From positions 1 to 52,708 of the IMG/VR virus record IMGVR_UViG_3300035700_000486: a stretch of 52,708 nt of DNA. One strand, written 5' to 3'. The translations under genes were made by a program, and so were the position numbers. Numbering within the stretch: position 1 is the first letter of the stretch; every line of letters begins with the position of its first letter. This DNA is from a virus. Lineage: Duplodnaviria; Caudoviricetes. The notes under the pieces are model-generated. The model saw only the letters and a list, made by a program, of their open reading frames with translations, ran no database searches and had not been told where the DNA came from. Below, in pieces: positions 1 through 10,343 of this stretch.

Positions 1-391
1 GAGTGTTTGGATTGCTTATATCGGTAGCTGAATTTGTATTAACTGCAATAGTTTCAAGTTTAGAAAGAAATTCCTCTTCCGGGTCTAACATTTCATCTAA
101 TTTTAATTCTAAATTATTCAATCTTGCCAGAAGAGTATTAGCAGTAGGGCTGTCCTGAACTTCTCCTAATCTTTCTTCAAGATCAGGAGTCCTCATTCTT
201 GGTTGGTTAACATCATCATCTGTAGCTTCTCCAGGAGGTAAATATAATCCCGAACTTGGTTGTTTTTCATACATTGTTATCGGCATAATTGCTTCATCCT
301 TACCATCCCGGGTTTGTCCTATAGCAGGAACTTTAAGACCACTACCTCCATCAAAAACAGGTATTTTTTGACTAAACGTTTGTCTTGACAT
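1..391 (-). CDS. Tail-region protein downstream of tape measure (5' part, runs off window)
   Basis: Not in ORF track; AAAGGAG RBS then ATG at 391, MSRQTFSQKIPVFDGGSGLKVPAIGQ..., open to window edge. Confidence 0.65.
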   Translation of the reverse strand, partial: MSRQTFSQKIPVFDGGSGLKVPAIGQTRDGKDEAIMPITMYEKQPSSGLYLPPGEATDDDVNQPRMRTPDLEERLGEVQDSPTANTLLARLNNLELKLDEMLDPEEEFLSKLETIAVNTNSATDISNPNT

Positions 392-451
392 AATCCACTC
401 TCCTTTCTTAATAAAAAAAAACAAAAAACCGTCAAACTGAAATTGATATGT

Positions 452-3400
452 TTAATCCGTTTGACGGTCATCTTCATCATCTTTCCATTTAAGAAATTCT
501 CTATATAACTCTTCCTTCTCTGAGCCAAAGAAATTGTTGTCATGTGGCGAATAATAATAGTTTTTATTTACTACAGTTGACCCCTCGCCAGAAGTACTTC
601 CTCCTGCATAATAATCATCAGACCCACTGTCAGAGTCTGATCCGGTAGGTACTTCATTATAGCCAAAGTCTAATCCAGCTTCTCTTAATTTCTGTTTGAC
701 ATTGTCAAGCAGTCCTTGCATATTCCGGAAATCTTCTTCTAAATTACCTGTAAAGGATATATCTGATTCTTCGAACCAGGTCTCAAACATTTCTTGATAG
801 ACTTTGGATTCCATGAAAGCATCTATTAATCCCTGTTTAGTATTTTCATAGATAGATTTACCCATTGATTTTGAAAAATCTCTAAAGGATCCCGAATCCA
901 GAGCAGAACTTAGAGCATTACTTAAGGCATTTTTTATTGAATCCAGTCTTTCTTTTAATTTTCGAGATTCATCGGAAACTAAACCCATTGTCTCCAATAA
1001 TTTGTTGATTTTCTCTTCACTTAATCCCGCAGCTTTAGCCTGTTCTCTAAATTGTTCAGCAATAAGATCATTAATGCTGGATATATTTTCCATGTTTTTA
1101 ACCATATTAATCATGTTACTAAATACTTTTTGTATATTACCGCCCTGAATAATCTCTTTAACAAACTGTAAGGGGTTATTCCCTTTATAATTAGCTAATT
1201 TATCAATTATAGTGCCAAATAATTCTTTAAACTGAGCATCAATTTTATCTATATTAATATCATAAAAAAGACTAGCTATATTTTCTTTCATGGTAGAAAA
1301 ATAAGAATTTAAACCGGATGCAAAACTCTGTAAAGCTGAATCACCAGAAGAAAATGCCTGAATAAATGAACTTCTAACATCCTGCATAACAGTAATTATT
1401 CTTTCTCCACCATCTACTATATTTTCTTTATATTTTTGAACCTGTTTATCTATTTCATTACTGTGTTCATTAATATTTTTACCTGCTGCTTTATACATCT
1501 CTTCGATTTTTTTGCGGTACTGGTCAACTTTTTCCTGAGCATCTAACCATTGAACTCCTGCCATATTTTCATATCGAGCTGCTTTGGCTAATTCTTTATA
1601 CGCCACTCTTAATTCTTCAACTGATTCTAAGTAATTTTCTAGCTTATTCCTGAAACTGTCAAAATTAGTTGACCATTTGCCAAGATCTCCGCTGCTGAAT
1701 AGATCACCACCTTCAACTGTAATCTCGGCTAATCTTTTTAAATCATTGCGGCTAATGCTCTGAGTATCATTATATACTTCCTGTAATTCATCTATTCCCA
1801 TATTCCCAATATTACCCGGATAATCATATCCCATTTTTCGCATAGCTGATAACGGGTTGAACCTTTGGGTATAAGTATCATCAAAAACTAGATCTTTTTC
1901 AATTGCCTTTACAGCAATTTTACCAAAATTGGGTTTAATAGTCCCAGTTAAAGAATTATACATTCCTTCAAGAACTTCCGAAGCATCTTTTATATTAGAT
2001 AGAGTAGGATTCTGAGCTACCATTTGAATGATATTCTTAGCTGTTTCAGCAGTGTTTTGTTTTATCTGTTTTATATTCTCGAGTTGCTGTCTATCCAAAT
2101 CTCTTTGCCGTTCCCATTCCTGCTCTTCTTTTTTATTTTTAGCTTCATTATAAGATTGAATAGCACTAACAGCACCCATGGCTGCATTAGCCATGCCAAA
2201 ACCAGCTGTAACTTTAGACATTAAGCCTGTAGCGTTCTGAAAGTTTTTATATTGATTATATCCCTGCTGGCCAGCTCCGATTAATCCACCAACTAGAGCA
2301 CCTTCTTCTGAATTTCCAGTTATATTTCCAAGATTAGTGAAAAAACTTGACATTTGATTAGTTAGATCTGAGATACTTGCTGTAAATTCGGTGGTTTGTT
2401 CCTCTTGACCATTTTCCAGACTTTCGAGATCTTTTTGTAATTGTTCTTGTAATTTTTCTTGTTGTATCCTAAGACTTTTTACTTGTTCTTTGTATTCTTT
2501 TTTCATGCTTTCTATTCCAGAAATTAAGCCCATTATATGATTAAAGTTTTCGGTATCATGAGCAACTTTAGATAAATAAGTTAGCACCTGATTATTTCCT
2601 AAGCCGGCTGCTTTTAAAGACCATCGATTCACCACACTGGGATCAACAGATTCTCCTACTCTTCCTCCCATTTTAAAACCAGGAACATCACCAGAATTAA
2701 TAGCTTCAAGTAATGGCAGGAATTTTTGTGTAGCTTTAGCATTGACTACAAATTCTCCGTTTGAAAGCATTGCTGGAATCGAATCAGAAGTTTCAGAACC
2801 AGGACCATTAATCATCCCACCCAGAGCTTTTTCAGTCCATCTACCTGTATACTTACCTTCTTCATTAACGTCTTTATATTTAGAGTAGTTATTTGGATTG
2901 ATATTATTTTGGTTACCGGAAGGATTGAATAGATCATAAAGCCATGAATCGGACCAGATTTCATTCCAGGCGTCTTTCATATCCTGCCAGAAGTCAGTCC
3001 AAAATTCTTTGGTAAATAATTCATTTACACTCTGTTTCATAGACTCCCATTTTTGATTCCATTCTTTCTCCATGTTCTCAAATCGTTGTTTCCAGTATTT
3101 CAGAGTGAAAGTCTGATTAATGTCCTTTTTTATCTCTGGCCATTTATTATCCCATTCTTTCTTCATATTTTGTATTTTTTTCTGCCAGTATTCTTTAGTA
3201 AATAATTTATCGGATTCTTCTATCCAATTTTTGAAATCCGGATTCAGTATACCTTCTTTCTTAATACTGTTAACCCATTCTTTCCAGTTATTCATAAATT
3301 CTATAAATTTCGGATTCCATATTCCTTCTTCTTTAATTTGTTTTAATCCAACTATAACTTTCTTTTTCCAGTCTTCATAATTTTTAATGTCATCATCTAA

Positions 3401-6031
3401 AGCTATCTGAATCATGGCTTCCAATGCTACGGCTCCAGCTACACCTGCGCCAACTTTTCCAGCTCCAGCAGCTAATAATTTGATTCCGCCTGCAGTTGCA
3501 CCAGCTAAACCAGCTATCTTTCCTGCTAATAATGTGGCTAACCTTGCTCCTGTAAAGGCTAGAGTCAATGTTCCTAAGCTAACAGTAAAATCTAGAGCGA
3601 ATTCTAAATTACTATCAGGCATTACCTGACTTAATTCTTTATTCTGTTTGTAGAGTTCTTTAACATTTGGAATCCAATTTTTATTCAGAGTATGACTTTG
3701 ACCTGGGGCATAATTACCTCCCAGGTATTCAATAAATTTTTTCTGCATAGAGTCAGATAAGGCTGATAGAGTCTGATCTGCTTCCAACTCATATTTTTGT
3801 TTAAATTGCTCCCAATAATGATTAACAGTAGTGGCGGAAGCACCAGCAAACCATTCTCTAGAATGTGGCTCTAGGCCTAACCCCTTCTCTAGTCCTTCAA
3901 AAAATTCTTGATTAGACTCTTTCGCAAATTTATAACCCTGATCTCTGAATCCTGTCATTCCATAAGGTACGGAGGCATTAGGTCCTCCTTCAGCTGTATA
4001 GATTGACCTTAATAATTCACCTATACCATTATTACCGGTGGCTTTTTCTATTTGTTCTTCAATAGAATTACTGCTGAGCAATCCATTAAGCCAGGACTTT
4101 AATGACCCTAATATTTTCATTCCACCTTTAAAAGAGTCAACTCCTACCTCAATTACTATATCAATCACTTCATCATAGGTTAAAGGTTTATCCTTACTTT
4201 TAAGGCCTAATTCATTACGTATCCAGGAGCTGAATTCATTATATAAATTACTTATGTTATCCCATAAGAATTCAATGAAATTAAGTAATATTTGAACTCC
4301 TTCATTGAGATGGATTTGATTATCTTTATTAAGATCGAGTTGAGGCTTAACCCAATTAATGAATTCATTGTATAGATCTTTGATTTTCTCCCATCCGAAA
4401 CTGCCATATTTCAATAACGGATTAACAGCTTCTTTTAATGAAATGTTACCATCTTGATTCATGTCCAGTTCTGTTATTATCCATTTTTCAAATTCGGAAT
4501 ATAAACTTTTAATATTACTCCAAGTAAATCCGGTAAATTTTAATAAAAGCTTTCCTATATCCTGAGCCTTTTCCATCCAGGTAGTTTCTTCCCACCAGGA
4601 CCGGAATTCACCCCATTCTTTTTGAATTCTGGTAACTACTCTCTCTGTTATGCTTCTTATATCCCAGAGATTAAGATACCAGGCAGCGCCTAATACTGAA
4701 ATACCAGCTGTAACAGCTCCGATAGGAGTAGCAAGAGACATAAGTGCTAATCCTACAGCGGAAATAGCAGCTACAACGCCTGTGAATCTTAACGCAAATG
4801 AAACTAATGATTTAATTGCCTCTTTATTATTTTTGACAAAGTCTTGAATAGCAATTGCCCAGGCCGCAATATCATCAAGCATACTATTAACTTCTACCTT
4901 GAAAGTTGATCCGATTTCTCTAACAGCATTTATTACGGTTTCTTTAGCTCTATTGAATCTGTAAGCAATGGTATTTGTGGCTTTTTCAAAAGCTTCCTGC
5001 ATAGACCCTGCGGAATTGCCCATATTTTCTACAGTTTCTTTTAATCCTTCAATATTAGTTGTCATAGAAATTATGGCTCTCATAGACCTCTGTTCAAAAC
5101 CAATACTTTCTAAAAAACCCTGAATTTCTTCATCAGTTAATCCCTGTATTGAGTTAGCCAAATCTTCCATGACTGGCACTAATCCACGGAATTTACCTAA
5201 TTCATCATAAACTTCAATACCAGCGGCAGCTAGTTTGTCTGATCTTTGAGCTAACTGCTCATAAGTTCTGGATAATGCTGTGGTGGCTTCTTCCGCATTC
5301 AATCCTGACTTTGTTACCAGAGCAAGTGCACCATACATACTTTCTAGAGAATCATTTAACCTTTTGGCTCCTGGGAGTAATTGGCCCTGACTTTTTGCTA
5401 ACTCTTCATAAGTAATTACACCCTGCTTAACAGTCTGAAATTGAAGGTTAAATACTTTAGTTAATTCAGTCATACTGAGATTAAAAGCATTTATAGTACT
5501 TAATCCAGCTCGAACAGCATTTTTAGTGGTGGTCATTCCAGCTTGGGCTGCTTTAGAAGCTTTCTGCAATACGGCTATAGAATTAGCTGACTCAACACCT
5601 GCCGAAACTACATCATATAATGCTCCGGAAAGCTGGGTTGCGCTTTCTCCAATTTGGTTTGATACCTGGATAACTTCATCACTTAACTCTTCAAATCTTT
5701 GTCTAGAAGTTTCAAGTAATGTATTAACATTGGCCATTGCTTTTTCAAACTTAGCAAATTTGTATATTGGAATGGCCGTAAAAGCGACAAGAGCTGCAAA
5801 TGCTCTTTTTGCTACATTCCAGAGAGTACGCATAGCCTGCCGCAATTTTACAAATGCGGCTTTCATTTTTTGAACTGCTGCTATAACTTTACGAGCAGCT
5901 GTGCTCACAGATCTCTGGAAACGGGCAAATTGTCTTTTCATTCTCTTAGTATTCCTGATCATATCGTTAATCTGATTTGAATACATATCTCTGGCTCTTA
6001 TTGCCCATTCTAACGCAACTTGTCGGTCCAT
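452..6031 (-). CDS. Tail tape measure protein (TP901-like core)
   Basis: 1859 aa; FEKAMANVNTL/ALYDVVSAG core, Trp-periodic repeats, GGMINGPGSETSDSIPAMLSNGEFVV motif; follows tail chaperones. Confidence 0.95.
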   Translation of the reverse strand: MDRQVALEWAIRARDMYSNQINDMIRNTKRMKRQFARFQRSVSTAARKVIAAVQKMKAAFVKLRQAMRTLWNVAKRAFAALVAFTAIPIYKFAKFEKAMANVNTLLETSRQRFEELSDEVIQVSNQIGESATQLSGALYDVVSAGVESANSIAVLQKASKAAQAGMTTTKNAVRAGLSTINAFNLSMTELTKVFNLQFQTVKQGVITYEELAKSQGQLLPGAKRLNDSLESMYGALALVTKSGLNAEEATTALSRTYEQLAQRSDKLAAAGIEVYDELGKFRGLVPVMEDLANSIQGLTDEEIQGFLESIGFEQRSMRAIISMTTNIEGLKETVENMGNSAGSMQEAFEKATNTIAYRFNRAKETVINAVREIGSTFKVEVNSMLDDIAAWAIAIQDFVKNNKEAIKSLVSFALRFTGVVAAISAVGLALMSLATPIGAVTAGISVLGAAWYLNLWDIRSITERVVTRIQKEWGEFRSWWEETTWMEKAQDIGKLLLKFTGFTWSNIKSLYSEFEKWIITELDMNQDGNISLKEAVNPLLKYGSFGWEKIKDLYNEFINWVKPQLDLNKDNQIHLNEGVQILLNFIEFLWDNISNLYNEFSSWIRNELGLKSKDKPLTYDEVIDIVIEVGVDSFKGGMKILGSLKSWLNGLLSSNSIEEQIEKATGNNGIGELLRSIYTAEGGPNASVPYGMTGFRDQGYKFAKESNQEFFEGLEKGLGLEPHSREWFAGASATTVNHYWEQFKQKYELEADQTLSALSDSMQKKFIEYLGGNYAPGQSHTLNKNWIPNVKELYKQNKELSQVMPDSNLEFALDFTVSLGTLTLAFTGARLATLLAGKIAGLAGATAGGIKLLAAGAGKVGAGVAGAVALEAMIQIALDDDIKNYEDWKKKVIVGLKQIKEEGIWNPKFIEFMNNWKEWVNSIKKEGILNPDFKNWIEESDKLFTKEYWQKKIQNMKKEWDNKWPEIKKDINQTFTLKYWKQRFENMEKEWNQKWESMKQSVNELFTKEFWTDFWQDMKDAWNEIWSDSWLYDLFNPSGNQNNINPNNYSKYKDVNEEGKYTGRWTEKALGGMINGPGSETSDSIPAMLSNGEFVVNAKATQKFLPLLEAINSGDVPGFKMGGRVGESVDPSVVNRWSLKAAGLGNNQVLTYLSKVAHDTENFNHIMGLISGIESMKKEYKEQVKSLRIQQEKLQEQLQKDLESLENGQEEQTTEFTASISDLTNQMSSFFTNLGNITGNSEEGALVGGLIGAGQQGYNQYKNFQNATGLMSKVTAGFGMANAAMGAVSAIQSYNEAKNKKEEQEWERQRDLDRQQLENIKQIKQNTAETAKNIIQMVAQNPTLSNIKDASEVLEGMYNSLTGTIKPNFGKIAVKAIEKDLVFDDTYTQRFNPLSAMRKMGYDYPGNIGNMGIDELQEVYNDTQSISRNDLKRLAEITVEGGDLFSSGDLGKWSTNFDSFRNKLENYLESVEELRVAYKELAKAARYENMAGVQWLDAQEKVDQYRKKIEEMYKAAGKNINEHSNEIDKQVQKYKENIVDGGERIITVMQDVRSSFIQAFSSGDSALQSFASGLNSYFSTMKENIASLFYDINIDKIDAQFKELFGTIIDKLANYKGNNPLQFVKEIIQGGNIQKVFSNMINMVKNMENISSINDLIAEQFREQAKAAGLSEEKINKLLETMGLVSDESRKLKERLDSIKNALSNALSSALDSGSFRDFSKSMGKSIYENTKQGLIDAFMESKVYQEMFETWFEESDISFTGNLEEDFRNMQGLLDNVKQKLREAGLDFGYNEVPTGSDSDSGSDDYYAGGSTSGEGSTVVNKNYYYSPHDNNFFGSEKEELYREFLKWKDDEDDRQTD

Positions 6032-6078
6032 TATTTATACTCACCTGCCTCTCCATTAATGAGAATAATTATTCGTTG

Positions 6079-6339
6079 TTAGGTTTTTTTATTATCTTCT
6101 TCTTTCTGTTTTCTCTTGATTGCCTTATTCACATAATTAATTATATCCATAATACTTTCTATAATGTGAGCAGGTTGTTCATAGAATCCTCCTGAGTATG
6201 GCAAAAATTCTAGTTCCCAGTATCCTCCCATATTAGTTCTACACATCATCTGAACATCTTTAACCTCTTCAAAATATTTTTGAATTCTATCACTGGGTTT
6301 CTGTCCTTTAATATAAGCTTTACATGCTAATTCCAGCAA
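6079..6339 (-). CDS. Tail assembly chaperone T part (C-terminal portion of G-T frameshift fusion)
   Basis: In the -1 frame of the upstream chaperone gene and open from its slippery site; LPYSGGFYEQP motif. Confidence 0.8.
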   Translation of the reverse strand: MLELACKAYIKGQKPSDRIQKYFEEVKDVQMMCRTNMGGYWELEFLPYSGGFYEQPAHIIESIMDIINYVNKAIKRKQKEEDNKKT

Positions 6340-6359
6340 TTGTTCTTCGGTTCTTTCAT

Positions 6360-6746
6360 TTAGTTTTTTTCTTCCTCATCCTCTTCATCATTTTGAGCTA
6401 TATCATTGATTTCCTTGAACTCTTCTACAAATTTTTCCACGTACAACATTAAGTCTTCTTCATTTATTATATTAGAACCACTAATTTCTTTATCGTGACT
6501 CCAATCAGTAAGCATCTTCCTGAGAATAAATAGATCTTGATCTTCTTTTATATCATATTTCCCCAGTTTCATGATTACATCATTTTTTCCTTTATATCTG
6601 ATCGAGTCAGGTCGCTGTTTGTTCTGTATTTGTTTTTTTAATCCGAAACTTGGTCGTTTTTTTCCTTTTACAAATCGACCTTCTTCATCTTCAACGACTA
6701 TGAACATATCATCTATATCAACTTTAAGCTTGTCTTTGTCACTCAT
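6360..6746 (-). CDS. Tail assembly chaperone G
   Basis: Between tail tube and tape measure genes; ends in slippery heptamer. Confidence 0.8.
   Translation of the reverse strand: MSDKDKLKVDIDDMFIVVEDEEGRFVKGKKRPSFGLKKQIQNKQRPDSIRYKGKNDVIMKLGKYDIKEDQDLFILRKMLTDWSHDKEISGSNIINEEDLMLYVEKFVEEFKEINDIAQNDEEDEEEKN
6363..6369 (-). other. -1 programmed ribosomal frameshift site A AAA AAC
   Basis: GAA AAA AAC TAA; -1 frame reads KKLNERTEEQLLELACKAY into 6079..6339. Confidence 0.85.
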
Positions 6747-6771
6747 TAATTATCACTCCTTATACAAAAAT

Positions 6772-6793
6772 AAGGCCTCAATTAAGAGGCCTT
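6772..6793 (-). terminator. Intrinsic terminator/attenuator after tail tube gene
   Basis: AAGGCCTC-N6-GAGGCCTT stem followed by ATTTTT on minus strand. Confidence 0.7.
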
Positions 6794-6833
6794 TATTTAT
6801 ATTATTACTTATTTTAGTTTGTTATTTTATATT

Positions 6834-7817
6834 TTAATATTGAGTATCCTGATCATCTATAATTTCTACAGCAACATTATATCCAGCAGTACTATCCCAA
6901 AAAGCCCCACCTTCAATATCTACAGTAACCTTACCAGGACCACCAACATTAGCTTGTACAGAGTTTAATTTAATTTTTGGATAACTGAATTTTATATATG
7001 GATCTGAATCTGAATTAGCAGAACCAATACCGATATCAATAGGAATTTCAGCCCCTTCTTCCAGGTCATCTTTCATAATATCGTATTCGCTTGCACTAAA
7101 TTGTGCTGTTATAGAAATAGTATGTTCGCTATCTTGAGCATCAAGAGTTCTCAATACTTTGCTTAGGCCATAATCTTCAGAATCCAGATTATTATTATGT
7201 GTGAAAGAAAATTCATCAAGTATACCTTTGATATCCAGATCTTCTGTGCCAACATCATAAGTAATAACATCAGAATCCCATGCAAACAACCTTTCTCCAG
7301 TGTTATCATTAATAGTTTCGGTGGGACTGGTAGTTCCTTTTGAATAATTAATGGCAACTATGTCCAGGGTGTAAGTTAATATCGCTTGACTAGTTACACT
7401 AAGATCTAATTGATTTATTTTCGCGTCAGTATACAGTTCCCAAAAAGTCTCACTATCAAAATATTTAAGCAATGTTAACCAGGTAGTTAATTTAGAATCT
7501 GGAGTAAATATATGTTTATATGGTCCACCTGTCCCCAGATCTTCTGGAGATGAATCTTCAGCACCTATCGAATTTTTGATTATTGTTGGTATCATATCCT
7601 TTTCAACTTCACCATCAATACCACCAGCTCCATAATCCCCAGAAACGTATTGATTATCAGAAAATCTATTCCCGGTGAGGGCTTCACTTTGAACATTATT
7701 TATTTGCTTTTCTAAAGAATTTGAAGTGGCAAGTATTTTTGTTAATGTATCCGAAGGGCTATCTTTAGCTGACTGTTCAGCCAAAGCTGTAACAAGATTC
7801 CTTCCTTCAAAACCCAT
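6834..7817 (-). CDS. Major tail tube protein
   Basis: Position after tail completion genes; acidic beta-rich sequence; GGAGGA RBS favours ATG at 7817 (MGFEGRN). Confidence 0.85.
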   Translation of the reverse strand: MGFEGRNLVTALAEQSAKDSPSDTLTKILATSNSLEKQINNVQSEALTGNRFSDNQYVSGDYGAGGIDGEVEKDMIPTIIKNSIGAEDSSPEDLGTGGPYKHIFTPDSKLTTWLTLLKYFDSETFWELYTDAKINQLDLSVTSQAILTYTLDIVAINYSKGTTSPTETINDNTGERLFAWDSDVITYDVGTEDLDIKGILDEFSFTHNNNLDSEDYGLSKVLRTLDAQDSEHTISITAQFSASEYDIMKDDLEEGAEIPIDIGIGSANSDSDPYIKFSYPKIKLNSVQANVGGPGKVTVDIEGGAFWDSTAGYNVAVEIIDDQDTQY

Positions 7818-7859
7818 TTCAATTCCTCCTTCCAAATATGTCAATCATTTTCATTCTAA

Positions 7860-8279
7860 TTACATATTTCTTCCTTCGATTTTAATTTGAGCAATAAATT
7901 CAATATTATCGTCAACTCCACGCCTCATAAACTTAGACGTTATATTAATCCCTTGGTTCAAAGTCTGGTTTAATCGCGGATGTTCTTTCAATATATCTAC
8001 AATGCTGTCTATCTTTTGAATAAATGCTGACATATCTCTGTCCTCGGGAGCTTCTTCAATATAATAGACAACCAGAGCTCCAGCATCATCATAATTCCAA
8101 CTCAATCCATTATCTAAATTACTTTGAATCGTATCCGGATCAAGACATATTGCAGGATAGTCCTCAGCAATAAAATCCTGATAATTCTTAACTGCATCAT
8201 GATTTATAGTTAAATTATTAGTTAATATCGTTTTTGTAGCATCTATACAATCCCACATTATACTCATACTTCTTCCCAC
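7860..8279 (-). CDS. Tail terminator/completion protein (putative)
   Basis: 139 aa immediately upstream of tail tube; YPAICL motif. Confidence 0.6.
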   Translation of the reverse strand: MGRSMSIMWDCIDATKTILTNNLTINHDAVKNYQDFIAEDYPAICLDPDTIQSNLDNGLSWNYDDAGALVVYYIEEAPEDRDMSAFIQKIDSIVDILKEHPRLNQTLNQGINITSKFMRRGVDDNIEFIAQIKIEGRNM

Positions 8280-8674
8280 CTTATATTCACTTTCACAACT
8301 GATTGCCAGGCCTGTAATACACTATTCATTTCAGGTTGAGGACTACTTTCTTCTATCTTAACCATATAAGTTTTGATGTCTAAGGAGGCATCCGATAAGT
8401 AAGCTTCGTCCAATAACGATTTAACATCTTCAACAAGTGACAATACCGCCATATCTCCATTGTCAACATTTGAGTAACAATTAATGAAGAGTGGAGTCTC
8501 ATTTTTACCTTTCCTTTGTTTATACGGTTTATTATTGATGATCTCGTAGGAAATAGCATATTTAGAAAAATACTTCAACTCCTTTATTTTTGATATTGAA
8601 CGAACTTTATCGACCTGACTCAATGTTTTTAATTCAGCTTCTAAAACTTGCAGCAATTTGAGCATTGGCACCAA
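8264..8674 (-). CDS. Neck/tail completion protein (putative)
   Basis: Position in the head-tail joining block and size. Confidence 0.55.
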   Translation of the reverse strand: MVPMLKLLQVLEAELKTLSQVDKVRSISKIKELKYFSKYAISYEIINNKPYKQRKGKNETPLFINCYSNVDNGDMAVLSLVEDVKSLLDEAYLSDASLDIKTYMVKIEESSPQPEMNSVLQAWQSVVKVNIRWEEV

Positions 8675-9116
8675 CTACCCTTATAAATTCTTTTTCTAAA
8701 AAGGCTACTATCTGGTCTTTCTTATTTTCCCAGGCGGTCCACATATATTTATAGGCTCTTATTCCAGCACTTTCACCATAATTATAATCCTGAGGTACAT
8801 CCTGATAATTAGATTCAGCACCACGTTGACCTGTCCCGTATTCAAGAAAAGAAGCATATTCAATATTAGTTGCAGCTACACCGTCAACCACTCCAAATTG
8901 ATTCCTTACAAAAGAAAAAACACTGGCTCTAAGAGTGCCGGTGTCAACTAATTCCATATTTGTTATTTGTCTTTTGATTTCAGCTTCTAGAATCATGGCC
9001 GCCTGAAGCATGATTCTTTCAGTTTCAGCTTTGAGACCTGTTTTCATCTGTTCCAATTTCTGTATAATGTTATCTGCTCCATTTAATTCGATATCAATCC
9101 AATTGTTTTGATCCAT
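8634..9116 (-). CDS. HK97 gp10-family neck protein
   Basis: VDTGTLRAS and YASFLEYGT motifs. Confidence 0.85.
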   Translation of the reverse strand: MDQNNWIDIELNGADNIIQKLEQMKTGLKAETERIMLQAAMILEAEIKRQITNMELVDTGTLRASVFSFVRNQFGVVDGVAATNIEYASFLEYGTGQRGAESNYQDVPQDYNYGESAGIRAYKYMWTAWENKKDQIVAFLEKEFIRVVGANAQIAASFRS

Positions 9117-9122
9117 TTATTA

Positions 9123-9470
9123 TCACAACCTAACCAGGTTGCATTTTACATACCGGCCGTGAACAGTTCTAGGTCTACTAACTATTTTATATTCACCGTC
9201 GATAATATCTCCTTTTTGCAATTTGTCAGTGAGCATCCCTTTCATAATGGCACTGCCTTCAAATTCTTCTCCTTTTTTAGAGGTGTCATAATTGACGTTT
9301 TCATTAATTTTGCAGGGGTATTCATTGATTATAGGTTCAATCCCTGAATCATCACCAGAACCATCATCAAAAGAAAAATTTGAGCCCGTAGAATCGTTAT
9401 CACTGGTATCAGAATTTCTAGTGATAATAGACTGTCTATCAAATTGTGCTCCTGCTCCCATAATTACCAC
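9123..9470 (-). CDS. Head closure protein (putative)
   Basis: Position after head-tail connector; KGDIIDGEYKI beta motif. Confidence 0.6.
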   Translation of the reverse strand: MVIMGAGAQFDRQSIITRNSDTSDNDSTGSNFSFDDGSGDDSGIEPIINEYPCKINENVNYDTSKKGEEFEGSAIMKGMLTDKLQKGDIIDGEYKIVSRPRTVHGRYVKCNLVRL

Positions 9471-9473
9471 TTC

Positions 9474-9818
9474 CTATAGAGTTTCAATTGTGATCCCTCC
9501 ACCACCTTCGTCATCTTCATCAACATAACGATCAAGAATTCTTTTTACGTCGAGTGGAATATCTTCATCTGAAAACTTAACACTGTAATCACTATCAGAC
9601 TCTGATTGAGCTCCGGTGGTTTTCTTCCAGTCATATTCAGCCCATTTACAGGCAGCTCTTTTTAATCTGCTATTAGTCTGTTCCTCTCCGGTATATTCTT
9701 CAATATCTCCATTAATACCATCAAGGATAATTTGTAATTTAGTATCATATTGACTCATGTCCTGAGGGATTTCCAAATAACTTTTAACTTCAGAAAGACT
9801 GGCATATTCAACTGACAT
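9474..9818 (-). CDS. Head-tail connector (gp6/gp15-like adaptor)
   Basis: ASLSEVKSYL N-terminus, IPLDVKRILDRY C-terminus. Confidence 0.85.
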   Translation of the reverse strand: MSVEYASLSEVKSYLEIPQDMSQYDTKLQIILDGINGDIEEYTGEEQTNSRLKRAACKWAEYDWKKTTGAQSESDSDYSVKFSDEDIPLDVKRILDRYVDEDDEGGGGITIETL

Positions 9819-9820
9819 AA

Positions 9821-10279
9821 TTATTCACCTTCATTCTTGCTTAACCATTCATTGAATTTGTTTCTTAGATATTCTTTAATAGCTTGAATCATAGCTTCTT
9901 TGTCATTTCTTAACTTAGTCCTACCCTCAATCTCTAATTCCTGAGTTAATTCATATAATTCAGTAGCAGTTTTGGATTCAAGATCAATAATGTAATCCGG
10001 AGGCTCTTTTTCCTTTAATTCAGTAACTTCATTTTTTAATTCTTTCTCTTCTGCATTTATTTTTTTTAACTTAGTCTTTAATTCTTTTATCTTTTGACTG
10101 GCCGCATTATCATCTAAAAGTAAGTCCTCATCCACATCACCTTTTACACGGTTTATCATTCCAGATTCTTTGAACTCTGGTAAATCTTTCTTTTTAACCG
10201 GAACTGTTTTCCCTTTGGGATAAGTTTCATTATTATACTTAACTTGTCTATCTAAAATTACTTCAATAATCTCAGACAT
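9821..10279 (-). CDS. Capsid-adjacent protein with Rho-N/HeH-like C-terminal domain
   Basis: LESKTATELYELTQELEIEGRTKL...KEAMIQAI resembles Rho N-terminal helix pair. Confidence 0.6.
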   Translation of the reverse strand: MSEIIEVILDRQVKYNNETYPKGKTVPVKKKDLPEFKESGMINRVKGDVDEDLLLDDNAASQKIKELKTKLKKINAEEKELKNEVTELKEKEPPDYIIDLESKTATELYELTQELEIEGRTKLRNDKEAMIQAIKEYLRNKFNEWLSKNEGE

Positions 10280-10305
10280 TTAATTTCTAGCACCTCCTAT
10301 ATAAG

Positions 10306-10343
10306 AAATGGCCAGAGGATTAAATTATAACCTCTGGCCATTT
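10306..10343 (-). terminator. Hairpin/terminator after major capsid gene
   Basis: Perfect 13-bp stem AAATGGCCAGAGG/CCTCTGGCCATTT. Confidence 0.65.

Noticed and set aside
319-543. 74-aa ORF overlapping the TMP end
   Set aside because: Overlaps both TMP and the better-supported ORF starting at 391; no RBS
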